From assembly GCA_900556585.1 (NCBI GenBank), contig USPD01000002.1, forward strand, positions 16,909 to 80,908: a stretch of 64,000 nt of DNA. The letters run 5' to 3'. Numbering within the stretch: the first letter of the stretch is position 1; the number at the start of each line of letters is the position of its first letter. The translations under genes and the position numbers were made by a program. The notes beneath the pieces are model-generated. The model was not told the DNA's origin. It did not search any database and was given only the letters and a program-made list of their open reading frames with translations. Positions 51,371-60,805 of this stretch are shown piece after piece. Source of the stretch: an uncultured Eggerthella sp. Lineage in GTDB: Bacteria; Actinomycetota; Coriobacteriia; Coriobacteriales; Eggerthellaceae.

Positions 51371-52042
51371 ATGACCATGGCACGACCTCGAAAAGACCAA
51401 GGCGATTCAGCTGAACAACGCATCAAAGATGCGTTCTGGAGCCTATTGGAACAAAACGACTTAAAAGACATCACGGTTAGCATGATTACCGCAAGTGCTA
51501 AATGTAACCGCGGTACGTTTTATTATCATTTCGATTCGCTCGAAGAATTGATTGATACCGTTATTAATGAAGAACTTTTTATTAATAGCAGCATACCGCA
51601 TTCTTTCTTCTACCTTATATGCGAAAGCACTAACCCCTTTGAACAGGATAGCTTCGCAATACATGTTAGACGATTTGGTTTAATGCTCAACCGTGCCGGG
51701 CAAGAGCAGATTGATACCCGCGTAAAAGCCGTCGTTATAGACATGTGGGAAAACCTTCTTTGTCCTAATAACGAAGAACTGGCTACCGAAACTCGCCTGA
51801 TTATGGAATACACCATAAGCGGCCTTATCGGACTTATTTCATACTTATACCGTGAAGGCTTTTTTAACAACGGTTCTATGCCAAAAGAAAGCTACTACAG
51901 ATTAAAGGAAAATTCACAGTATCTTGTGGTAACGCTAAGTCGCGCACAAAACATCCCTTTACAAGAGCTAGAAAAGCGTATTTGTAATCAACTTCGAAAT
52001 AACCAAAGCGAAGCTTGCAAATCATGCATGAAATATCGGTAG
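51371..52042 (+). CDS. TetR/AcrR family regulator
   Basis: ITVSMITASAKCNRGTFYYHF HTH; CAGGAG RBS. Confidence 0.9.
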   Translation: MTMARPRKDQGDSAEQRIKDAFWSLLEQNDLKDITVSMITASAKCNRGTFYYHFDSLEELIDTVINEELFINSSIPHSFFYLICESTNPFEQDSFAIHVRRFGLMLNRAGQEQIDTRVKAVVIDMWENLLCPNNEELATETRLIMEYTISGLIGLISYLYREGFFNNGSMPKESYYRLKENSQYLVVTLSRAQNIPLQELEKRICNQLRNNQSEACKSCMKYR

Positions 52043-53323
52043 TTAGAGGTTGCGGTAATTAATTTTTTTCGACCAGGCCTCAAAACCTTCTAAATAGGTG
52101 CAATCATGGGCAGAAAGTGCCTTACGGGCAGTTTCAAACAGCAGTTCTTCCCAATCTTTAAGCGATCTACCACAAATGCATGCCTGCAAACCATCTGCTC
52201 TAATTGCTTTTGCTGCTTCGTTTGTATAGGAATCCGTTAAAGACCAGTCGTTGCCAACAACACCAAAAGCTTCTTCGATGCCTAATAAAGAACCATCCGA
52301 ATAAAAAATACCTTTAATCAGCGCTGCATAACCAGCAACAGCTTGCAAAGGAAGTGCATCAGCAGGGCGAATCTCAACAAATCGCTTCAACCTAACATCT
52401 GGCCAAAACATTGAAAGTAGGTGCTCAATATCCGTTTCTTCCATGGGAGCATCCGCATACGCCTGAGATGCTGTTTGACCTACCACACTACGAAGAGCCT
52501 GGCCCTGAGGGTTACAAGCTTCTGGACGAGTAACAAAAATGGGGCACGTTCCTAACAGCCAATCTGCATATTGTTCAAAACCAAAGCCCTTATCAAACAA
52601 GCCAGGTATTTGTCCGCAACGTGCATTGTCCACATCGCGCCACATCACAAGATGTGATAAGGGTTTTTGAGGAACTTCTCCTTCAAAACGCTCACTATTG
52701 TCAGTAAGTACAGCAATAATAGGAACAAGCGCTTGCGCAATACGCATCTTTCTTATGGCGTCAGCCTCGTCCTTATAATCAACCGAAACCTGAGTAGAAG
52801 CTGATGCGCGCATCATTCGTTCGCCATGAGTACCCAATGAATGAAAATAATCATTCATAAAGTGATAGCGCTTCTTAGGAATTAAAGGCAGGTCAAGCGC
52901 CTTTTCTGTAGGGTGATAACCTAGAGTGACAAGCTTGCAGCCATGCTCTTGCAAAAAAGGATCTACCTTATCCCTGAACTGAGTGTATACGGAAACTATA
53001 TCGTCAATTGAACAAAACGGCGCAATGCTAATTTCTAATTGCGCAGCAGGCTCTAAAGACAAAGAAGCATCATTATTAGCAAGTCCAAGAAGCTCCCCCT
53101 CAAGCCCTCGCGTTTCGCGGGGATAATACGAAGACAAATACTTCAAAATATCGCGCACACCAAATTCATCATTCGCGCCTTGATAAGAAATGGCACGATT
53201 TGTTTTTGCATCTACCACGAAATGCTCAACTTCAACGCCTAGCTTTCCGCAAGGTTCGTTCCCTTTGGCGCCGCTGACAAAATAAGAAATAATTGCCTTG
53301 CGATTATCCTCCGCGAAAGACAT
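52043..53323 (-). CDS. Glutamate--cysteine ligase (GCS2 family)
   Basis: LGVEVEH, SLEPAAQLE, PKKRY, MMRASASTQV, WPDVRLKRFVEIRPAD. Confidence 0.88.
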   Translation of the reverse strand: MSFAEDNRKAIISYFVSGAKGNEPCGKLGVEVEHFVVDAKTNRAISYQGANDEFGVRDILKYLSSYYPRETRGLEGELLGLANNDASLSLEPAAQLEISIAPFCSIDDIVSVYTQFRDKVDPFLQEHGCKLVTLGYHPTEKALDLPLIPKKRYHFMNDYFHSLGTHGERMMRASASTQVSVDYKDEADAIRKMRIAQALVPIIAVLTDNSERFEGEVPQKPLSHLVMWRDVDNARCGQIPGLFDKGFGFEQYADWLLGTCPIFVTRPEACNPQGQALRSVVGQTASQAYADAPMEETDIEHLLSMFWPDVRLKRFVEIRPADALPLQAVAGYAALIKGIFYSDGSLLGIEEAFGVVGNDWSLTDSYTNEAAKAIRADGLQACICGRSLKDWEELLFETARKALSAHDCTYLEGFEAWSKKINYRNL

Positions 53324-53329
53324 GATGAG

Positions 53330-54271
53330 TTACTCCGTTTCACCTAAATGCGCAAAAAGATCTGACGAAAGATAGCGTTCGCCCGTATCAGGAAGAACTA
53401 CTACGATAGTTTTTCCTTCGTTTTCAGGACGTTGAGCAACCTTTGTTGCCGCCGCCAAAGCAGCACCTGAAGAAATACCAACCAGCACACCTTCTTTTGC
53501 TGCTAATTCGCGCGAAGCTTCAAAAGCATCTTGAGTAGCTACCGTTAAAACCTCGTCATAAATAGAGGTATCGAGCGTATCTGGCACAAATCCTGCACCA
53601 ATACCCTGAATACCATGGGGACCACTATGACCTTCGGAAAGCACAGGAGAATCAGCAGGCTCTACAGCAATAACCTTAATTTCAGGATTCTGGCTTTTAA
53701 GATACTTACCTGCGCCGGACAAGGTGCCACCTGTCCCCACGCCTGCAACAAGAATATCTACGCTGCCTTCGCTTGCTTCCCAAATCTCAGGACCCGTTGT
53801 TGCTTCATGAGCTGCAGGATTAGCTGGGTTAACAAACTGACCAGCAATAATTGAGTTTGGATATTCTTTTGCAATTTCATCTGCACGAGCAATTGCACCA
53901 GCCATACCTTTTGAACCTTCAGTCAGCACCACTTCAGCACCATACGCCCTCATAAGAATGCGTCGTTCAATGCTCATAGTTTCAGGCATAACAATAATGG
54001 TTCTGTTGCCACGCGCTGCAGCCAAAGCTGCCAATGCAATGCCGGTATTGCCTGAGGTGGGCTCAATAATAACGGTATCCTTATCGAGCTTCCCCTCACG
54101 CTCTGCCGTTTCCAGCATAGCTTTTGCAATACGATCCTTAGCGGAACCTGCAGGATTGAATGATTCAATCTTAGCAACCACTTTTGCCTTTAAATTGTGA
54201 TTCTTTTCATAATTAGTAAGCTCCAATAATGGAGTGTTTCCAATAAGTTCAGCAACGTTTGAGTAAATCAT
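53330..54271 (-). CDS. cysK: Cysteine synthase A
   Basis: NPAGSAKDR, EPTSGNTG, GVGTGGT, HGIQGIG, PDTGERYLS. Confidence 0.96.
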   Translation of the reverse strand: MIYSNVAELIGNTPLLELTNYEKNHNLKAKVVAKIESFNPAGSAKDRIAKAMLETAEREGKLDKDTVIIEPTSGNTGIALAALAAARGNRTIIVMPETMSIERRILMRAYGAEVVLTEGSKGMAGAIARADEIAKEYPNSIIAGQFVNPANPAAHEATTGPEIWEASEGSVDILVAGVGTGGTLSGAGKYLKSQNPEIKVIAVEPADSPVLSEGHSGPHGIQGIGAGFVPDTLDTSIYDEVLTVATQDAFEASRELAAKEGVLVGISSGAALAAATKVAQRPENEGKTIVVVLPDTGERYLSSDLFAHLGETE

Positions 54272-54511
54272 GATATGCGCCTTTCTGTTGATAACAGCTC
54301 ACTTTGCAATGAGCGCTATCAAGCAGTTCGAAATGTACCTTTCGTCGTTTCCTTGTTCTTGCGTAAAATGCTACCGCAAGAGTTATATTTTTCCGACACT
54401 TTACTCCTCATCGGTACTTTTCGCACCTTCTATTTTCTAGAAACTAAAAACGTTACGTAACAGAAAACTACGAGCGGGATTTCAAACAAATATAAGTTTT
54501 TGATACATTCC

Positions 54512-54562
54512 TGTGAACTTTTTATTTGGTTTATGTGCACTTTCTGATTGCTTTTTGTGCAC
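54512..54562 (+). promoter_or_regulatory. Three TGTG(A/C)AC direct repeats at exact 22-bp period
   Basis: tgtgaac 54512, tgtgcac 54534, tgtgcac 54556. Confidence 0.5.
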
Positions 54563-54649
54563 AAAGTTTGTCGAATCTTTCCTGATTACGTTAATTTCGC
54601 TCATCACAATTATTCCTATCTTTACTTCTCGTGTGCGATAGGAGAAGCC

Positions 54650-57600
54650 ATGCAAACTACAGGAAATAAAACAGTTGTGACAAATAGCAGCATCAATGGC
54701 ATTAAAAGCACCAGTAGCAGCAAGATTATCAAAAGATCAACTTCCTCTTTAAGGATAGTGCTATTTACCTTCATGTTTGTTCTGTTGGGGCTAAGCGCCC
54801 TTTTATTCGCAAACCCTCAGCCACCTCAAGCAAATGCAGAAACTAATCCCATAAGTATTACCATGACGATCGAGGGATATTCAGGCAATTTGCCTGTTCT
54901 TGAAGCAGGTAAAGACTTTACCGAAGGACAGGCGGTTAAATCTGACCCAAGATTTATGGTTGACAGTCAAGGAAATCAACCTTTGGCAGCATTAGTCGAA
55001 GAAAAAGAAGCACAAGGCTATCAACTTGTTTGGGAGACCGAAGAAGGACAACCTTTCGATTGGTTTACTACGCCCGTTACTTCAAGCATTACTGTTGCGG
55101 GTAGTTTTCAAGAAGCAAACTATTCGGTACGAATATCCTTCAATGATGACTCAACCCAAGATTTGGAAGTTTCTGTTCCTAAAGGAATGTCATTTGAAAA
55201 AGCCTATGGGAGCATCCCAAACGCCCCAACAAAAAAGGGACATACGTTTGTGCGTTGGGTAAACTCCTTTGACAATTCCACCTTTGACTTCACTTCTCCC
55301 GTGGAAGCCTCTACAACCGTGTATGCTCTCTTTTCTATCAGCGAGCCTGATCAGGTAGCAACGGTTGATGTAGATATTGATGTGCCCGAGCGAATAATAG
55401 GAAGATGCTATATAGGGGCAACCTGGAGTGTGCATCCTGCCCAATTTAGCGTTTCAGGCTTCACGGGAGAATTGGAAGGATGTTCAGGTACAGGTTCCTG
55501 CTCTCTACCTAGCGCCGCCGCGCCTTCTTATACTTGGGCTGACTACACTGCCACTCTTGCCGACATCAACATTGAAGCCGGTATCGTAACCTACGATGTA
55601 ACAATCACTCCTCCAGGAGTTGCAAGTCCTGATGGACCGCGAAATAGCTTAGGACTCATTGGATACCAAACCGTGTATTTCAAAGCGGAAGTGCAAAAAA
55701 ACTTTGGTGGTTACCTTGAAATTCAAAAAGTATCTGAAAACGAATCAATAAGTACAAATCACAACACGTATTCATTAAAAGATGCTGTTTTTGGCGTTTA
55801 CGATAAAAATGGAAAACGAGTTGCTGATCTTATTACCGACGAATCGGGCAAAACAGCACGCAGTCCTTTGCTGCCTGTTGGCACCTACACGATAAAGGAA
55901 GAACAAGCTCCAAAAGGATTCGCTGTAACGGCAGACAAAAGCGTCGTTATCAATGCGGGAGCAGTAACCACAACCGCCGTTTCAAATATTCCCCAAAGCG
56001 CCTTAGTGGATCTTGTTCTTCAAAAGCTAGATGCAGAAACGCAAAAGCCCTATCCCTTAGGTTCTGCTTCACTAAAGGGTGCCCAATTCCGCATTTCTTA
56101 TTACGACAGATATCTTTCATTGCCAAATTTAGTACAAAACTCAATAAAAACTCTTGAATCGGCAGCTAACAACGTGCCAAAAGCTACCTCTATCCCAGAA
56201 ACATGGAATGGACCTAAACGGAGTTGGGTTTTTGAAACTGATGAACAAGGCGAAATTCACTTCGCCAAAGACTATTTCGTGGAAGGTGATGCATTTTATC
56301 ATGATCACGAAGGATCTATCGTGCTGCCCCTAGGCACAATTGAAATAGAAGAAATAGCAGCACCAGAAGGTTACCTGCCCGTTGAAGAATCATTTGTGTT
56401 CACCATAGCCGAAAATGGCATTAACCCCCATGTAGAGACCTGGCAAAGTTTTCACGTTTCCGAACAGGTAAAACGAGGCGATTTCTCCTTCAGCAAAACG
56501 CGCGAAGGATCCATGGATAGACTGGCGAACGTTCCATTTCGTATTACCTCTAACACTACGCATGAATCTCATGTGTTAGTGACCGATGAAAATGGCATGG
56601 CTTCAACAGAATCCTCCTGGACTCCACACTCCCGAAATACTAATGCAGGAACTTCTTCGCATGATGGCATATGGTTTGGAATTGATTCGCAGGGAAATAC
56701 CGCACCAGTAAATGACAATCTTGGCGCCCTTCCCTACGATACCTACACCGTCGAAGAGCTTCCTTGCGCTGCTAATGAAGGGATGGTCCCCGTTGCCTTC
56801 GAAGTTACTATTTCGAGAAATAAGGTAACTCTTGATTTAGGAACTATAGACAATAAACCATATACACCAGAAATATCTGGAGAAGTAGACAAACGACAAA
56901 CCCTCTTTGTGTCCAACGGATTATTTACCTACACCATAGACTACCGATCAACTTCTCCTACTTGGGCAGACGAATTTACAACCACTGACATTTTGGAATG
57001 CAGCGAAAACAAATATGCCTATGTTCAAGCTATTGCTACACCCGTAAGCTACGGCGACTATGACGGAAAAATGAACGTCTGGTATCGCACTAATAAGTCA
57101 GATTCCAAATCCTTTGATCACGAAGGCGTAAATGCATGCGGCACAAATCCTCCTAACCCTGACAACCCCAATAACCAACGCATGTATAACTTCGAAGGCT
57201 GGCAGGTATGGAAACAGGACGTTTCCACCCTTGAATCAAGCATTTTATTTACCGAGGAACTTAATCTTGACGAAGAAGAATACCTTACCGCATTAGCATT
57301 TGAGCATGGTCGTGTGGAAGAAGGGTTTGGAACGCTGCCGCAAGATGACCCTCAATGGGACAGAAGGGATCGCTACGCTGAAACTGACACCATGGAAGAC
57401 CTGTTCGATAGTGCCGTTTATTCTTCATGGGACAAGAATGCTTGCACAGAAGTAGCAAACATCGCGCAGCATGATGCGACGTTTTCAAATAAAACCGATA
57501 CGAGCAGTGCAGAATACAAACTACAAGACAGCAAAACACATCTGGAAGCTAGCGCGGAAAACCAAACAGAATCTAACCAAGCAGAAAGCAGTAACGATGA

Positions 57601-57928
57601 AGCAACTTATACTTATTCGCCTGCCGTATTGTTTATGCAGGCATCCGAAGAAAGCTTAACTACCGATGAAATAGAGCTATGGAATGATGCCTTTATTGAT
57701 ATTTATCGGAATATTGAACTGCACGATGAAGATAAGGACACTGTAGTACAAACCACTCAAGTTCCCGAAACAACCACAGAAAAAGACAATCCTATTGAAG
57801 AAATGCTAGATAACATTCCTAAAACAGGAGATGGGCTAATAACCTTAGGAGTTCTTGCTACCTTGGTAGGTCTTCTAGCTCTGTGTGCATTAATAGCGGC
57901 ATTCAGGAAAATTCGGCACCGATCATAA
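54650..57928 (+). CDS. Sortase-anchored adhesin with InlB-B-like repeats and SpaA/Cna-B isopeptide domains
   Basis: AGGAG RBS + ATG 54650; signal peptide; PTKKGHTFVRW...FDFTSPV; YTIKEEQAPKGF and EEIAAPEGY E-boxes; IPKTG + TM + basic tail. Confidence 0.85.
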   Translation: MQTTGNKTVVTNSSINGIKSTSSSKIIKRSTSSLRIVLFTFMFVLLGLSALLFANPQPPQANAETNPISITMTIEGYSGNLPVLEAGKDFTEGQAVKSDPRFMVDSQGNQPLAALVEEKEAQGYQLVWETEEGQPFDWFTTPVTSSITVAGSFQEANYSVRISFNDDSTQDLEVSVPKGMSFEKAYGSIPNAPTKKGHTFVRWVNSFDNSTFDFTSPVEASTTVYALFSISEPDQVATVDVDIDVPERIIGRCYIGATWSVHPAQFSVSGFTGELEGCSGTGSCSLPSAAAPSYTWADYTATLADINIEAGIVTYDVTITPPGVASPDGPRNSLGLIGYQTVYFKAEVQKNFGGYLEIQKVSENESISTNHNTYSLKDAVFGVYDKNGKRVADLITDESGKTARSPLLPVGTYTIKEEQAPKGFAVTADKSVVINAGAVTTTAVSNIPQSALVDLVLQKLDAETQKPYPLGSASLKGAQFRISYYDRYLSLPNLVQNSIKTLESAANNVPKATSIPETWNGPKRSWVFETDEQGEIHFAKDYFVEGDAFYHDHEGSIVLPLGTIEIEEIAAPEGYLPVEESFVFTIAENGINPHVETWQSFHVSEQVKRGDFSFSKTREGSMDRLANVPFRITSNTTHESHVLVTDENGMASTESSWTPHSRNTNAGTSSHDGIWFGIDSQGNTAPVNDNLGALPYDTYTVEELPCAANEGMVPVAFEVTISRNKVTLDLGTIDNKPYTPEISGEVDKRQTLFVSNGLFTYTIDYRSTSPTWADEFTTTDILECSENKYAYVQAIATPVSYGDYDGKMNVWYRTNKSDSKSFDHEGVNACGTNPPNPDNPNNQRMYNFEGWQVWKQDVSTLESSILFTEELNLDEEEYLTALAFEHGRVEEGFGTLPQDDPQWDRRDRYAETDTMEDLFDSAVYSSWDKNACTEVANIAQHDATFSNKTDTSSAEYKLQDSKTHLEASAENQTESNQAESSNDEATYTYSPAVLFMQASEESLTTDEIELWNDAFIDIYRNIELHDEDKDTVVQTTQVPETTTEKDNPIEEMLDNIPKTGDGLITLGVLATLVGLLALCALIAAFRKIRHRS

Positions 57929-57977
57929 TAAAAAAGCAATAGCTATAAGCAAGCGATAGGTTTATGGAACGAACAAA

Positions 57978-58011
57978 AGGGATGCAGCAAACTTGTCTCT
58001 GCTGCATCCCT
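57978..58011. terminator. Terminator hairpin after adhesin gene
   Basis: agggatgcagca / tgctgcatccct; right arm repeated at 58063-58077. Confidence 0.65.
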
Positions 58012-58146
58012 GATTTGTTTTCCGCATTCATTATTTGTCTTGTTTAGTTTCTTATTCGCATCGCTGCATCCCTGATTCACCAAGTATGTAGCTGATAACC
58101 CTTATCTTTCATTGAAACCATTACCGATTTCATTGCAGTATGCGCT

Positions 58147-58440
58147 CTAGCCCGTAATACCGCGCTTAACACTACGGCGCTTTCTTTTTGGTGGCTCAAC
58201 TGGCTCACGAAAATCAAGCATGAGCTGCTCTGTAGCGCCGCCCCGTTCTTTTTCAGTGACCTTTTCAATGTCTTTGATATTCCAAGAAAGAGCTTCCGCC
58301 CCGTGGAGTTCAAGCATTTTATAACGTGCATCTTGTACATTCTGCTTAGATCCTGCCCTGTGTTCACTCTCAAATTCAATAACACTAGAAGTAGGAGTAG
58401 CGCCTTTTGGAGAAACTATTGTTGCACGATATAAAGTCAT
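58147..58440 (-). CDS. Hypothetical 97-aa protein
   Basis: AAGGA RBS, fills the intergenic gap, protein-like composition. Confidence 0.7.
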   Translation of the reverse strand: MTLYRATIVSPKGATPTSSVIEFESEHRAGSKQNVQDARYKMLELHGAEALSWNIKDIEKVTEKERGGATEQLMLDFREPVEPPKRKRRSVKRGITG

Positions 58441-58602
58441 AATTTTCCTTGAAAAAGCCGAGATGATTTACCTAAACATATATAAACATAGTACCTAATT
58501 AGCATATCTTATTTCAGACAAAATGGTTTCCCTATGAATCCCTTAGCGAAAAACAAAAGATCGTAAGAAAATAGATAAGTTATTGCTAATTACAGGAGAA
58601 CT

Positions 58603-59601
58603 ATGAGCCCACTTGAACTATTACCCAAGCAGGACTATGACGGTATTCGCACTGTTGGTATTCCGCGAGCCCTACTGTATTACCGCTACCACGTATTGTG
58701 GCAAACTTTTTTTGAAGAACTTGGCTGCAAGGTTATTACAAGCGATCCATCTGATCGCGCATTACTTGCTCGAGGCGAAGAACTATCTATCGATGAATGC
58801 TGCCTTGCTTCCAAGCTTTATATGGGACATGTTGAAAGTCTTTTAGATAAGTGCGATGCCCTTTTTGTCCCAAGCGTAGATAATTTGGGACTCCATAAAG
58901 GATTTTGCACCAAGTTCCAAGCTCTCCCTGATTTGGTAACGAATACCTTTACCCGCCAAAACGTTCGCATCATTTCTTGCGAAATAGACAAAGATGACAC
59001 TGGCATCACCGCCGAGGAAGGCTACGTTTCAATAGCTACCAAATTTGGTCTTTCCAAAAAACAAGGAAAAGCCGCTTATCAAAACGCTATTCATGCGCAA
59101 AAAAAGCATGACGAAGAGCTTGCCCAAGCGCAATCAGACTTGTTAAAGCACGCTGAAAAACTACCCAAAGAAGAACGACCTCTCCGTATTTTGATAGCAG
59201 CACATCCCTATGTAATACATGACCCCTACATTGGTGGTCCCATTACCGATATGCTTAACAATCTTGATGTATGCGTTTTATATTCTGATCGCTACGACAG
59301 AAAACGAGCGTTTGAAAAAAGTTTTGATTTTTCTGAAACTATGCCATGGATCGTAAACCGTGAAATCATTGGCACCATACTGCATTTATATGATCATCTA
59401 GACGGCATTGTATTAGTTAGCGCCTTTCCCTGCGGACCAGATTCTATGACCAACGATGCGTTTATTCGCTGCATCAAGGGAAAGCCCATTTTGTCACTGA
59501 CGGTAGATGCGCAAAGCGGAACCGCAGGTCTTGAAACACGCCTTGAAAGCTTTGTTGACATTCTGCACTATCAAAAAAGAGGAGGCTATTTAAATGAATA
59601 A
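58603..59601 (+). CDS. DUF2229 acyl-CoA dehydratase-activase-related Fe-S protein
   Basis: VGIPRALLYY, CCLASKLYMGH, CTKF, FPCGPDS, TRLESFVD. Confidence 0.85.
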   Translation: MSPLELLPKQDYDGIRTVGIPRALLYYRYHVLWQTFFEELGCKVITSDPSDRALLARGEELSIDECCLASKLYMGHVESLLDKCDALFVPSVDNLGLHKGFCTKFQALPDLVTNTFTRQNVRIISCEIDKDDTGITAEEGYVSIATKFGLSKKQGKAAYQNAIHAQKKHDEELAQAQSDLLKHAEKLPKEERPLRILIAAHPYVIHDPYIGGPITDMLNNLDVCVLYSDRYDRKRAFEKSFDFSETMPWIVNREIIGTILHLYDHLDGIVLVSAFPCGPDSMTNDAFIRCIKGKPILSLTVDAQSGTAGLETRLESFVDILHYQKRGGYLNE

Positions 59602-60805
59602 CCTCAAAACCCCTATTAATCGTATGGCGGACACTTTAAAGCGCCGCTATTCAGAAGACTCTCCTGCGGGAGTTTTTATGAACCCCGGAAAGCCCGAGGC
59701 TTTACGCAGCAAAAAGAAACGCAAAAACAAAAAGGATAGGCATGCCCGCACAAAAGTAGCATTTATGCGCTACACCTACTATGACATTGCCTTTCGTTTC
59801 TTTGTTGAAGAAGTACTTGACGCTGATTATGTTTCACTTCCAGAAGCAACCCGTAAAACGCTTGAATTAGGCACGCTCAACAGTACTGATTATGTTTGCG
59901 CCCCCTTTAAGCATATTTTGGGTGACTATATTGAGGCCCTTGATATGGGTGCGGACGTATTAGTTCAACTTACAGGTCCTTGTCGTTTGGGCTATTACGG
60001 AGAACTCCAAGAATCCATTCTGCGCGATATGGGCTACGACTTTGAAATGCTTAATTTTGCAACCGTAAGCGGCAAACCCTTACAGGAATACCTGTCTATT
60101 TGCAAAAAGAAGGTAAATCCTGATCTTTCAATATCTAAGGGCGTCAAAAACTTCCTTGTTGTACTTAAAATGATCGAAGCACTTGATAGCTACAACGACC
60201 GCTATTTGGAATTAGCGGGCTTCGAAAAAGAACCTGGCTCATTCAAACGTGCGCAGAAAGACTTCTTCGCCGAAATGAATACGGTTACTGGCGGTGCACA
60301 ATTAGCGTCAGTATTCCATCGACATATGCGCATCTTGGAAGAACTTCCCATTGAAAAGCCCGTTGATCCTATCCGTGTAGGTTTGGTTGGAGAATTTTTC
60401 ACGGGAGTAGATCCCCGTTCTAACTTATTTATCGAAGATAAACTGAGCTCCATGGGCGTTTCTTTAGCGCGAACCGTAAACTTAACTAATCGCGTCTTGC
60501 GCTACAACGAAGAAAACCTCCGTCGCAGCGTTTCTGAATACGTTTCGTTTGACATGGGTCCTACTTCAACTCTTACCATTGCCGCAGCAAAGCAATATGC
60601 CGAAGAAGGATTTGACGGCATTATCCATTTGAAATCTTCAGGCTGCACGCCAGAGATTGATGTGATGCCCGTGTTGCAACGCATAAGCAATACTTACCAC
60701 ATCCCTATTCTGTATTTAAGCTACGACTCACAAACAAGCGACACGGGTCTTGATACTCGTCTTGAAGCGTTTTACGACATGATCGCAATGAGAAAGGCAC
60801 GCTAA
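59594..60805 (+). CDS. 2-hydroxyacyl-CoA dehydratase-like Fe-S subunit
   Basis: CAPFK, GPCRLGYY, VGLVGE, SGCTPEI, TRLEAFYD; overlaps both neighbours. Confidence 0.82.
   Translation: MNNLKTPINRMADTLKRRYSEDSPAGVFMNPGKPEALRSKKKRKNKKDRHARTKVAFMRYTYYDIAFRFFVEEVLDADYVSLPEATRKTLELGTLNSTDYVCAPFKHILGDYIEALDMGADVLVQLTGPCRLGYYGELQESILRDMGYDFEMLNFATVSGKPLQEYLSICKKKVNPDLSISKGVKNFLVVLKMIEALDSYNDRYLELAGFEKEPGSFKRAQKDFFAEMNTVTGGAQLASVFHRHMRILEELPIEKPVDPIRVGLVGEFFTGVDPRSNLFIEDKLSSMGVSLARTVNLTNRVLRYNEENLRRSVSEYVSFDMGPTSTLTIAAAKQYAEEGFDGIIHLKSSGCTPEIDVMPVLQRISNTYHIPILYLSYDSQTSDTGLDTRLEAFYDMIAMRKAR

Noticed and set aside
58441..58602. LexA box upstream of the QLMLDF protein
   Set aside because: No GAAC-N4-GTTC palindrome found
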